40,975 bases of DNA. Source: an uncultured Deferribacteres bacterium. GTDB lineage: Bacteria > Zhuqueibacterota > Zhuqueibacteria > Zhuqueibacterales > Geothermadaptataceae. Below the pieces are notes generated by a model that saw only the letters and a list, made by a program, of their open reading frames with translations, had not been told where the DNA came from and ran no database searches. The translations under genes were made by a program, and so were the position numbers. Location of the stretch: NCBI GenBank assembly GCA_964014485.1, contig CAXHAT010000055.1, positions 1 to 40,975 of the forward strand, written 5' to 3'. Position 1 is the first letter of the stretch. Every line of letters starts with the position of its first letter. Of this stretch, positions 24,743 to 33,708 are shown one piece after another.

Positions 24743-27609
24743 AAACACGATTCTTAATTGGCTATTTATTGCTGGGCTTCGGCGTGGTTTTCGGGCAGAA
24801 TACCAGGATTCATGCACCGGATCAGCTTGGTCTGAAGTCACTTGCGCCGGTCGGATATGGCGCAAACGTTGGACTTCGCTTTAATCCGTTTTCGGGCGTG
24901 TTCGGCGAAACGGTTTATGCCGGACGCTTCGAGGCGCTGCAATTGAATGGCGACGTTGTTATTGGCGACGGCGGAATCGGCGCGAAGTTGAACCAGGTTT
25001 TTCCAGCGACGGGCAACGCTTTTGTCGGCACGTCTATTTTGCCTTTCGGGGCGGGGTATTTTGAGCGTACGGGGATGCGCTTCATTACGCCCTTGAGCGG
25101 CGAAAACGTGCTTTTTGACACGGAAGCCTTGTCCGTGCGCATTCTGCTGCCGTTTGATTACTTGTCGGTTATTGGCAGACAATATTTACGCTTCTCTGCC
25201 GGTTGGTTTAGCTATTTGGACGCGGACTCGCTCGACGTGCGTAAAATCTCGCAAAACGGCTCTCCTTTGAATCTGGATGCGGACTTTAGTAATATTGAAT
25301 CCGACTCAATCAAGGTCGATACGCTGGAAGTGACGTATCACCTGGAAGCGTCCGGCGCTTATGCGCACTTTGATTCTGTGAAGGTTCGGGCGCTCGACGT
25401 GGGAGTCGGTACGGTCAAAATCACCGACGCAAAAGTCGATGCGGATACGGTTAGCTTTGAAGCGCTGACGCAAGGCGCGGGCGGCAAAACGGCGGCGCTG
25501 CAAACGGCGACTGTTGAGAATCTAACCGTAAATTCTACGTTTTCCGTGATCCCGACGCTATCGGCGAACAGCGTGATTATTGACGGCCAAAACAGAGACG
25601 GATTTTTTGATCGCATTTCCGTTGGCAATCAGGTTTTAGGCGACGGAATTGCCGACGATGCAATCACCAACAGCAAGATCAACACGGATGCGGTCACGAG
25701 CGATAAAATCCAACCGGCGACCATCGTCTTGGGAGACCTTTCCGCAGGATTGCAAACGTGGATCGTTGCCAACGCCGGAACGGGGGGCACGATTAACAAC
25801 TTTGCCGACGAAGTGACTTTAACGGAAAACGCATCGAGCGAACTGGAGTTGAAAATCGGCAATACCGTCAACGGCGTGCGCTGGGAGCATATCAATAATG
25901 CGGCAAAGGCGACGTTTCAGATGCTCGGCTTTGGCGGCGAGACGCTTTATAATCTTGAATTTTACGGTTGTCACCCTGACTCGTCGGCGGATTGGAATTC
26001 GCTCAAAATCGCGGAAATCTGCTCGATTGCACGCTCAAAAGACGAAGGCGTTTTATTTGTGCCGCGTACTTACGAGATTCGAAACCGTATCAATATCGAC
26101 TGGGATCGTTCCGGCGTAATCGGGCTTGCGCCGCAGATTTCCGGCTTTCTGCGCGCGGATTCATTCAACGGCAATTGGCATAAAGACTGGCCTGCAACCG
26201 ATCCGTTCGGGCTTGGCGCGCAACTTAACGTCTGGCAGGCGGACGGCTCCATATTAATGAATTTCAGGTTAGACAGCCAGCATCGCATTTCGCCGGGCGA
26301 GCATGGAAATATGAATCCGATCACCGTCACGCAGTCGCGCAGCGTGCATTATCAGAACGTTCATATTGAGAACATCAACGGTCACACTTACGGCAACTGG
26401 TGGCAGTACTGCGACGACGTGACGATCAAGGATTCCTGGTATCACGGCGATTATGATAATTCGGAAGGCGGCACGGCGGACGCACAAGAGTTATTGGAAA
26501 TCGTCGTTGGGCGGGACATAACGATTGACAATTGCCGCTTTGAGCGTGCGGCTGGTCAGGGCGTATTCATCTACAACGCGCCTTTTGTGGCGCAATCGCC
26601 AACGGACAATCGTTTTGGCGTGAACGGTATTCACAATATCAAGGTCAAAAACTGTTATTTTGACTCACTCAAGAAAGGCGTTTATCTATTGCAAGGCGCG
26701 ACGGCGACAGACTTCACGTATAAAAACGTCACGTTACACGATAATGATTTCTGGCGAATTCACGGGGATGCGGTCTATGTGATCACACAGAATGCAGCGA
26801 CGGTCACAGATACGATGCGGACGATCTTCATCACTGAAAACGACTTTCACCATAATGATCGCAGCGGCTTTTTTCATACGGTGGATTCGCTTTTCGTGGA
26901 AGGCAATAAAGTATGGGGGGATTCTTCCGGCGCTTCCTGGACGGATGCGCCTTTTGTCAATACGTTGTTGGTGAACGCTTTTTTTCGGGAGAATGAAATT
27001 TACAGTCCGAAGGAAGCGGGGATGACGTTTTCAACCGGAATGCAGTATATCGAGGCGACGGGAAACAAGATATATAATCCAGGCAGCGTTGGCATTTACA
27101 ATCAAGGCGTTTATCCGCGACTGATCAAAGACAATTTAGTCGTCAATCCGAATCGCAACAACAATACAGGCAACTCGGAAGGCTCAGGGATTTATCTGTT
27201 TCCGAATTCGGAGAACGCTTTCATTGTCGATAACTTTGTGCTTTCGCTCGGCGACACGGCGATGATGACGAAAGCCTTTTACTTCCAGGCGTTTCAGGGC
27301 GATTCGATCTATGTGCGAGACAATCACACAAACGCCTGGACTTCGTCGCAGGATTTTCTCTACAGTCAGGACGAGACGCGAACGCCAAGTCCTGTATTCA
27401 CTTCGATTACACCAACGAGCGGAGCGACGCAAGTGCGGATATTTTGTCGATTGTATTCGCAGGACGCAAACAAGATTCAGATCGGCAACACGCGAGCTTG
27501 GCTTGATCCTTACGTGTTGTCGTTTCACAATGACGGCTTGACGGTTGGGTTTGCCAACGGCAAAACAGCGGACGGAACGCAAAGAGTTTGGGTGAGACAA
27601 TTTCCTTGA
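24739..27609 (+). CDS. Signal-peptide-bearing tailspike/depolymerase-like protein (fibre repeats plus beta-helix)
   Basis: MKTRFLIGYLLLGFGVVFG/QN; IADDAITNSKINTDAVTSDKIQPATI repeat; beta-helix rungs ITIDNCRFE, IKVKNCYFD, VTLHDNDF, FVEGNKV. Confidence 0.75.
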   Translation: MKTRFLIGYLLLGFGVVFGQNTRIHAPDQLGLKSLAPVGYGANVGLRFNPFSGVFGETVYAGRFEALQLNGDVVIGDGGIGAKLNQVFPATGNAFVGTSILPFGAGYFERTGMRFITPLSGENVLFDTEALSVRILLPFDYLSVIGRQYLRFSAGWFSYLDADSLDVRKISQNGSPLNLDADFSNIESDSIKVDTLEVTYHLEASGAYAHFDSVKVRALDVGVGTVKITDAKVDADTVSFEALTQGAGGKTAALQTATVENLTVNSTFSVIPTLSANSVIIDGQNRDGFFDRISVGNQVLGDGIADDAITNSKINTDAVTSDKIQPATIVLGDLSAGLQTWIVANAGTGGTINNFADEVTLTENASSELELKIGNTVNGVRWEHINNAAKATFQMLGFGGETLYNLEFYGCHPDSSADWNSLKIAEICSIARSKDEGVLFVPRTYEIRNRINIDWDRSGVIGLAPQISGFLRADSFNGNWHKDWPATDPFGLGAQLNVWQADGSILMNFRLDSQHRISPGEHGNMNPITVTQSRSVHYQNVHIENINGHTYGNWWQYCDDVTIKDSWYHGDYDNSEGGTADAQELLEIVVGRDITIDNCRFERAAGQGVFIYNAPFVAQSPTDNRFGVNGIHNIKVKNCYFDSLKKGVYLLQGATATDFTYKNVTLHDNDFWRIHGDAVYVITQNAATVTDTMRTIFITENDFHHNDRSGFFHTVDSLFVEGNKVWGDSSGASWTDAPFVNTLLVNAFFRENEIYSPKEAGMTFSTGMQYIEATGNKIYNPGSVGIYNQGVYPRLIKDNLVVNPNRNNNTGNSEGSGIYLFPNSENAFIVDNFVLSLGDTAMMTKAFYFQAFQGDSIYVRDNHTNAWTSSQDFLYSQDETRTPSPVFTSITPTSGATQVRIFCRLYSQDANKIQIGNTRAWLDPYVLSFHNDGLTVGFANGKTADGTQRVWVRQFP

Positions 27610-27631
27610 CGATTTGCAAGGTCTTGGAATG

Positions 27632-27670
27632 CAAAAAAGCCGGATTTCATCGCGAAATCGGGCTTTTTTT
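27632..27670. terminator. Bidirectional intrinsic terminator
   Basis: AAAAAAGCCGGATTTC-ATCGC-GAAATCGGGCTTTTTTT between convergent genes. Confidence 0.8.
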
Positions 27671-27742
27671 GTGGATTTGGCGGAAGCGACTTTTCAAAAT
27701 ACGAACTTTTTTTCATATAGTGAACATTCGCAAATCACTGAA

Positions 27743-28822
27743 TTAGTGTGATCGATTGGCGAAATTAGCGAGAGCGACTTTAGCTCCGGGAGCGTTGCGC
27801 AGCATAACAATCAAATGACGCTCCTCCACAAAGCGGAAAATGATCGTGTTAAATCCAAAAATGCCGCCGGAATGCGCCGTGACTTTCAAGCTGTCCGAGC
27901 CGCCGTTTGGCGAAGGCATTTTACGCACGCCCCAGCCGAACGCGTAGTTGCTTAACTCCGGCGTAAACATTTCTCTTTTGCTTGCTTCGGAAATCAGTTT
28001 CTCCGTGTAGAGCGCTTGGTCCCACAAATACAAATCTTCCACTGTCGAATAGAGCGATCCGGCGGCGTAGGGAATCGACATGTCCAGATAGGGCGCGTTG
28101 ATAAATTCGCCTTGCTGGTTGCGATGGTAGCCGGAAGCTCGGCGCGCCGTCAAACGTCCATGGTGGTCATAGCCGCTATTTTTCATTCCCAAAGGCTCAA
28201 AAATCATTTCACGCAAAGCATCTTCATATTTCCCGCCGGTGACCGTTTCGATTATCGCCCCCAAAACAAAATAGCCGGAATTGTTGTACTTGAATTTTGA
28301 GCCTGGCTCAAACTCCAGATCGTCGCTGCAATATTTCTTCACAAATTCTTCGGGCGCGTAAGGATCGCGCACTTTGTTTTGCATAAAGTCAGCGGAGCCT
28401 GTGTAACTCGGGATTCCAGAGGTGTGATTGAGCAATTGCCTGATCGTCACCTTCTCCCCAACGTCTTTGCGGTAATAGTCAAGATAATCCGCAAGCTTGC
28501 CGTCGAGCGAAAGTTTTCCTTTTTCAACAAGTTGCATAATCAGCATCGAGGTGAATTGTTTTGTTATCGAAGCGAGGCGGAATTTCGTATCCGCCGTGTT
28601 CGGGACGCCCCACTCCATGTTGGCGTCGCCAAAGCCGCCGCGAAAAACGACTTCTCCTTTCTCCGCGACTAAAATTGCACCGTTGAATCCGCCGTTCTTG
28701 TGATAAGCCGTCATCAGCGAATCGATTCTTTCTGATTTGCTTTCGGCGAAGGCCGCGCTTGCCAAAAAGTAAGCGGCCAACACAGCCCCGAACGCGATAC
28801 GCCTTTTGCAAAAAAATCGCAT
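27743..28822 (-). CDS. Serine hydrolase, beta-lactamase/AmpC-like family; C-terminus possibly clipped
   Basis: Signal peptide; SxxK (ASITK), LLNHTSG, YxN (YNN), HSG. Confidence 0.9.
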   Translation of the reverse strand: MRFFCKRRIAFGAVLAAYFLASAAFAESKSERIDSLMTAYHKNGGFNGAILVAEKGEVVFRGGFGDANMEWGVPNTADTKFRLASITKQFTSMLIMQLVEKGKLSLDGKLADYLDYYRKDVGEKVTIRQLLNHTSGIPSYTGSADFMQNKVRDPYAPEEFVKKYCSDDLEFEPGSKFKYNNSGYFVLGAIIETVTGGKYEDALREMIFEPLGMKNSGYDHHGRLTARRASGYHRNQQGEFINAPYLDMSIPYAAGSLYSTVEDLYLWDQALYTEKLISEASKREMFTPELSNYAFGWGVRKMPSPNGGSDSLKVTAHSGGIFGFNTIIFRFVEERHLIVMLRNAPGAKVALANFANRSH

Positions 28823-28851
28823 TGTCCATCCTTCAGGAAAAATTAAGGTCG

Positions 28852-30117
28852 TCAGTCAACGATTGCCTGGTATGTTAAAACCTGAAACTCCTGCCGTATC
28901 TTGTAATAGCCAAACGGCAAAAACTGCATCATTAAAAGACCGATAAGTTCTTCTTCGGGATCGATCCAAAAGTAGGTGTTTGCCATACCGCTCCAGGAGT
29001 ATTCGCCATTTGAACCAACAATTTGCGTCTGCGCCGGATCGACGACGACGCGAAAACCAAGCCCAAAACCAGCATGATTTCTTCCGCTGGAAAAACCGTT
29101 TAATAATTTTCCCGGAAGATGGTTCATCGTCATAAGCTCGACTGTTTTGCGCCCCAAAATCCGAGCGCCGTCAAGCTCGCCGCCGTTTAGCAGCATTTGG
29201 GAAAACCGCAAGTAGTCGCTGGTCGTCGCCACCATGCCGCCGCCGCCGGAAAAGCCGGTCGGCTTACTCTGAAAAGCTGCGCCTTTGCCGTCCATTTCGG
29301 AGACTGCGAGTTTGCCATCCTTGTTCAGCTCGTACATTGACGCTAGGCGCGCGTGTTTGTCTTTCGGTACAAAAAATCCGGCGTCGCTCATTTGCAGCGG
29401 TTCGAAAATGCGCTCTTGCAGAAACTGATCAAAGGTTTGCCCGGAGACTGCTTCAACAAATCGGCCCAAAACATCGGTGGCCACGCTGTAATACCACGCT
29501 TCGCCAGGCTGCATGAGCAACGGAATCTCGGCAAGTTTCTTGGTGAAGTCAGCCAAAGTCACTTCTCCGCTCAATACATGATTTTCTCGGTAGAGTGAAT
29601 CGACGACCGTGTTCGAAAAAAAACCATAGGTCAATCCGGCTGTGTGACTTAGAAGTTGGCGAACGGTAAATTCTCTTTTTTGCGGCTTGGTGCGAACTTC
29701 GCCGTTGCTCGTGTCGGCAAAAACCTGGGTTTGCTTGAACTCGGGCAGGTACTTTGAAACCGGGTCATCGAGCAGAAAGCGGCCTTCTTCATAAAGCATC
29801 ATCACCGCAACGCTGGTGATCGGCTTGCTCATTGAATAAATGCGAAAAATCGTGTCGAGCTGCATCTCACGGTTCGTCTCAAGGTCCGCTTTTCCGAATT
29901 TTGCAAAATGAACGACTTTTCCTTTGCGTGCGACAAGCGAGACAACGCCCGCCAACTTGCCGTCGTCAACGTATTTCTGAATGAGCGGTTCGATGCGCTT
30001 TAGCCGCTCGCTCGACATGCCGACCGATTCCGGTTTGGCGACAGGCAGGCCTTGAGCAAATAACGGCGTTTGCAAAAGCGCGACGATGAACAAAAATCGA
30101 AAAAACCTAAAATTCAT
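28852..30117 (-). CDS. Serine hydrolase, beta-lactamase-like (family VIII esterase type)
   Basis: Signal peptide; FRIYSMSK, LLSHTAG, WYYS, WSG motifs. Confidence 0.9.
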   Translation of the reverse strand: MNFRFFRFLFIVALLQTPLFAQGLPVAKPESVGMSSERLKRIEPLIQKYVDDGKLAGVVSLVARKGKVVHFAKFGKADLETNREMQLDTIFRIYSMSKPITSVAVMMLYEEGRFLLDDPVSKYLPEFKQTQVFADTSNGEVRTKPQKREFTVRQLLSHTAGLTYGFFSNTVVDSLYRENHVLSGEVTLADFTKKLAEIPLLMQPGEAWYYSVATDVLGRFVEAVSGQTFDQFLQERIFEPLQMSDAGFFVPKDKHARLASMYELNKDGKLAVSEMDGKGAAFQSKPTGFSGGGGMVATTSDYLRFSQMLLNGGELDGARILGRKTVELMTMNHLPGKLLNGFSSGRNHAGFGLGFRVVVDPAQTQIVGSNGEYSWSGMANTYFWIDPEEELIGLLMMQFLPFGYYKIRQEFQVLTYQAIVD

Positions 30118-30422
30118 GATGACCTCGGTACTGTTTGCATTGAAAATCTGGTTCAAGTCAGAAAGCTAACGCTCAAAATTTCAAATCCAATCTCAGCCAG
30201 CCGGGTTCTCCGATCAAAACTGAACGGACGGATCAAATTCACGCCGATGTCTTTCCAGACATTTTCTGAAAGCTTCCACTCTTCCTTGTCGGGTGTATTG
30301 ATTTTTTTGAACTTGCGTCCATCTTGAGAATGATTTTTTATGAAGTGCGATTCATCATCGCCTTCACAGCGATGTGCAAACAAACGCTGAAGCGTTTGAC
30401 TCCAAAGTTTTCGAATAGACTT

Positions 30423-31586
30423 TTAGTTGAAAACAGCCGTTAGAAAGTACTCAACGGCGAAAGTGCTCAACTGCCCTCCAGGGCCGCTCAATTTAAAATC
30501 AAACCCATGCGTCGCCCACGGCATGGCCAGATAAAGATGCGGCGTTCCTGCATCTTTCAAAACTGCGCCCAACCTTCCAGATTGTCGGAACGAAACCAAT
30601 TCGTCACGGCCGCCGTGCAAAAGCAAAGTCGGCGGGGTTTTGTGGCCAACGTGTTTTATTGGTGAAGCAGCCTCGTATGTTTCGAATACCTCTCTCGGGC
30701 TACCGCCAAGAAAATTTTCCAAAACTTCGTGTGTATTAATCACAGCAGGGTTCGCTGGATTTGCATAGCCAAAATGCAAGTCGGCGGGGCCGTAAAATGA
30801 AACCACGCCGCGAATTGCAGGATCGTCAAAAGTATATCCGGCAAGCATGGCAAGATGCCCTCCGGCCGAGCCTCCGATGAAGACAAATTTTGTCGAATCT
30901 ATGTCGTACTGTGCTGCATTCGATTTGAGTTTTCTAAACGCCGATTCGACGTCATCAATTTGAGCCGGGAATTGCCATCGCGGAGCAAGCCGGTATGAAA
31001 TTGACGCGACGACATAACCTTGTCCGGCCAGGTAGCGGTTAAGCTCAGGCAACTGCTGACTGTTTCCTCCGCGCCACGCCCCGCCGTGAATAACGAGAAC
31101 GCAAGGCGCAGGCTGCGTCTGATTTTGGGGAGAGTAGAGGTCGAAAGTTAAAATTTGTCCGTCAGCAGAATCAAAAGGAATTGTCTGGAAAGAAATTTCG
31201 GGCGTATCGACGAATCCAAAAAGATCAAAGGCGCTTATCGGGGCCGATCTCCCAAGCCCGGCCAATTTCTCGGGCGTCAATCTGTTTTCCCCAAATGCGT
31301 TTTCTAAATCGCTGGTTAAATTCACCGCCAGCGGAAGCGCACGCATGAGCGGTGACAGAAAAAGAAGGGAAGCGAGCGCAGCAAACGCAATGGTAGCGCG
31401 CCCCCAATTTCCTCGCTTTTCTGTTGGCAAAACTGCAAGCAAAGGCGTCCAAAAAACCAAATGGCCATATTCCGTCACGGCGATAGATAATAGCCAGAGC
31501 GTGTTGGTCGGCGCCTTAAAAACCGCGAGTAATGAAATCAAGAAACAAGACAATGCGAAGAAGAGTCGAAGAACGTCAGCTAACAT
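30423..31586 (-). CDS. Membrane-anchored alpha/beta hydrolase (HSL-like esterase)
   Basis: N-terminal TM helices; HGGAW oxyanion motif, GGSAGG nucleophile, D (RDELV) and H (THGF). Confidence 0.9.
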   Translation of the reverse strand: MLADVLRLFFALSCFLISLLAVFKAPTNTLWLLSIAVTEYGHLVFWTPLLAVLPTEKRGNWGRATIAFAALASLLFLSPLMRALPLAVNLTSDLENAFGENRLTPEKLAGLGRSAPISAFDLFGFVDTPEISFQTIPFDSADGQILTFDLYSPQNQTQPAPCVLVIHGGAWRGGNSQQLPELNRYLAGQGYVVASISYRLAPRWQFPAQIDDVESAFRKLKSNAAQYDIDSTKFVFIGGSAGGHLAMLAGYTFDDPAIRGVVSFYGPADLHFGYANPANPAVINTHEVLENFLGGSPREVFETYEAASPIKHVGHKTPPTLLLHGGRDELVSFRQSGRLGAVLKDAGTPHLYLAMPWATHGFDFKLSGPGGQLSTFAVEYFLTAVFN

Positions 31587-31603
31587 TTTTTACTGGGTTA
31601 AGC

Positions 31604-32293
31604 TCATAATTTCTCTAACTTTGAGCGCTCTTCGGCAAGTGCTTCTTGCACGCGTCCGATTTGTCGGAAGGTTCTTTCGGCGTGGCTCAGGTACAATCCG
31701 ATGAAGCCAAAGCGCTGATCCAACATGGCGGCGACTTCAGGGTCACGGACGGCGTTCATGGAAAGAAATGCGCTCTTGTGCAAAGAGTAAAACTTTCGCC
31801 GCTCCCAGGTAATTTTCTCAACTACGCCGTCCAACACCGTTCCGAGATAGTTGATTCGAACGTAGTAAAATTCGTACAACTCCACGATTGAAGTCAGCAG
31901 TTCCTTGTTCGAAACAAGTTTTAGGGCGCCTTCTGACACCATTGCTTTGTAGGCGCCGACCGTCGGGAAAAACGTTTCATTGTTGCGTGAAATCAAGAAC
32001 AGCGAATCGATACGCGCCTTTTGGCTTTCCGTCGCTTCCGGCATGATGGTCAGCAGAATGTCCAGCGTTTCGAGAATTTCTTGCTGATTTTGAATGACAA
32101 TTTGCAGCCGATTGTTGTCCGCGGCGAGGTTCGCCGACAATTCCTGAAGGTAAAAGCGCTCTTGCTTTTTGTCGCTTTTATCTTCTCGCCAGCTATTCAG
32201 CGCAAAGCCGACGAGTACGCCAAAAATAATGGCGAGAAATTCAACGAGATAATTGCCGTACTTAGAGCGAAAGTGCGAAATCATAATAGCCAC
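31604..32293 (-). CDS. Hypothetical membrane-anchored protein (DUF6090-like)
   Basis: YLVEFLAIIFGVLVGFALNSWRE followed by helical bundle. Confidence 0.75.
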   Translation of the reverse strand: MAIMISHFRSKYGNYLVEFLAIIFGVLVGFALNSWREDKSDKKQERFYLQELSANLAADNNRLQIVIQNQQEILETLDILLTIMPEATESQKARIDSLFLISRNNETFFPTVGAYKAMVSEGALKLVSNKELLTSIVELYEFYYVRINYLGTVLDGVVEKITWERRKFYSLHKSAFLSMNAVRDPEVAAMLDQRFGFIGLYLSHAERTFRQIGRVQEALAEERSKLEKL

Positions 32294-32403
32294 ATTTTTT
32301 CAGAAAAAACGCAATATGTGCGTGGAAATTCTCAATACAAAACGCTACGCGCCGACCGGAGGCGAAACTTGTTTGAAGTCATTCAACAAACCACAAATCA
32401 TTG

Positions 32404-33540
32404 ATGCGAATTGTTGCAGACGAAAATATCATTTTCGCCAAGGAAGCGTTTTCTGCTTTCGGCGAGGTCAAAACGTTGCCCGGGCGCACTATCACTCGCG
32501 AAAGCTTGAAGAAAATTGACGTCTTATTGGTGCGCTCGGTGACGCGCGTGGACGCTTCACTTTTGGCAGGAACGCCAGTTCAGTTTGTCGGTACGGCGAC
32601 TATCGGAGTGGATCATCTGGATCAAGAATATTTGATCCGAAACGGCATTGCATTCACAAACGCCGCCGGGTGTAACGCAAACGCCGTCGCGGAGTATATA
32701 ATCACGGCAATTTTGCATGTTGCAGCTTGCAAAAACATTTCGCTTGAAAAAAGCAGCCTGGGGATTGTCGGGGTCGGCAATATTGGGAAACGCGTCGATC
32801 AACTGGCGCGAGCGCTGGGCATGAAAACGCTGCTCAATGATCCGCCGTTGCAGCGAAAAACCGGCGACGCTGTGTTTAGAGATTTAGATGCGTTAATGCA
32901 GGCGGATTTCGTGACGTTGCACGTTCCCCTGATTAAGGAAGGCATGGGCAAGACCGTACATCTTTTTGATGACGCCCGCTTGAAAAAGCTCTCGAAGACT
33001 ATTGCGCTGATCAATACGTCTCGTGGGCCAGTGATCGACAATCAAGCATTGCTTTCGTGGAAAAAAGGCGCCCCTGAAGCCACGCTAATTTTGGATGTGT
33101 GGGAAAATGAGCCGGAAATTTCGCCGGCGCTTTTGGAGCAGACTTTTGTCGCGACCCCGCATATCGCAGGCTATACTTTTGAAGGTAAGGTGAACGGCGC
33201 CCGGATGCTCGTCAAGGCTCTCGAAAAACATTTTGCGACACAATCCGGGTGGGCTCCGCTGCCCGCGCGGCAATCGTGCAAAATCTTCCCGGCGGCAAAT
33301 TGCAATAAGCTCGAAACGTTTCTTTCCGAGATCACAGGAAAAGCCAATCCAATTTTGAAAGACAATTATCAATTGAAGAGCGGAATCACGAAGGGCGGCG
33401 GAATTTCCGGACATTTCGAAACGTTGCGGAAGAATTATGCACTGCGTCGCGAATTTGAAAATTTTGAAGTCAGATTGTCAAAAACGCAACGTAAATTCGC
33501 ACATGTATTACGAGCGCTTGGTTTCAAAACTCCAGTTTAA
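32404..33540 (+). CDS. pdxB: 4-phosphoerythronate dehydrogenase
   Basis: MRIVADENI, LLVRSVT, GTATIGVDH, GVGNIG, LDVWENEP, TPHIAGY, LRKNY.RREF. Confidence 0.95.
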   Translation: MRIVADENIIFAKEAFSAFGEVKTLPGRTITRESLKKIDVLLVRSVTRVDASLLAGTPVQFVGTATIGVDHLDQEYLIRNGIAFTNAAGCNANAVAEYIITAILHVAACKNISLEKSSLGIVGVGNIGKRVDQLARALGMKTLLNDPPLQRKTGDAVFRDLDALMQADFVTLHVPLIKEGMGKTVHLFDDARLKKLSKTIALINTSRGPVIDNQALLSWKKGAPEATLILDVWENEPEISPALLEQTFVATPHIAGYTFEGKVNGARMLVKALEKHFATQSGWAPLPARQSCKIFPAANCNKLETFLSEITGKANPILKDNYQLKSGITKGGGISGHFETLRKNYALRREFENFEVRLSKTQRKFAHVLRALGFKTPV

Positions 33541-33587
33541 TTTTCTTGCCTATCAACGCAAGTTTTCTATTTTCAGCATTCATTTTC

Positions 33588-33684
33588 GGGAGCGCATGGG
33601 CGCCTGGTGGCCTCCGCGGTCTTCAAAACCGTTGTGTCGTCGGTTGTCCCGACGATAGGTGGGTTCGATTCCCACACGCTCCCG
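33588..33684 (+). tRNA. selC: tRNA-Sec (anticodon TCA)
   Basis: Acceptor GGGAGCG/CGCTCCC with discriminator G; anticodon loop CTTCAAA (TCA 33623-33625); long variable arm; T arm GTGGG-TTCGATT-CCCAC; CCA not encoded. Confidence 0.93.
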
Positions 33685-33708
33685 CTTTTTTCTTCGGGAA
33701 TAGGATCG

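Larger units (their letters stand above)
1..27781 (+). mobile_element. Prophage (tailed siphovirus-like, with Mu-like traits); left end lies outside the window, right end approximate
   Basis: Co-oriented terminase-portal-protease-capsid-neck-tail-tape measure-fibre gene order and a Mu Gam homologue. Strand and gene content switch to host genes after 27.7 kb. No integrase or transposase in the window. Confidence 0.9.

Noticed and set aside
18044..27609. Diversity-generating retroelement or invertible fibre cassette
   Set aside because: No reverse transcriptase, no TR/VR pair differing at adenines, and no invertase or inverted fibre fragments seen in the window
2146..27609. Contractile injection system, tailocin or gene transfer agent
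   Set aside because: Head and packaging genes are present with no sheath or baseplate wedge. A GTA cannot be excluded without the left flank, but cargo genes and gam favour a prophage.
27743..30117. Calling the two serine hydrolases antibiotic-resistance beta-lactamases
   Set aside because: The motifs only place them in the broad beta-lactamase-like family, which is mostly esterases and peptidases
30153..30383. 76-aa ORF between the hydrolase genes, and similar short ORFs at 35086-35361
   Set aside because: No RBS or recognisable motif; more likely intergenic or promoter DNA
33588..33684. selC as the prophage attachment site, or TGA recoding in the phage heptamer arrays
   Set aside because: selC is about 6 kb from the phage end with host genes between and no duplicated 3' fragment; no in-frame TGA with a SECIS-like hairpin joining two ORFs was found
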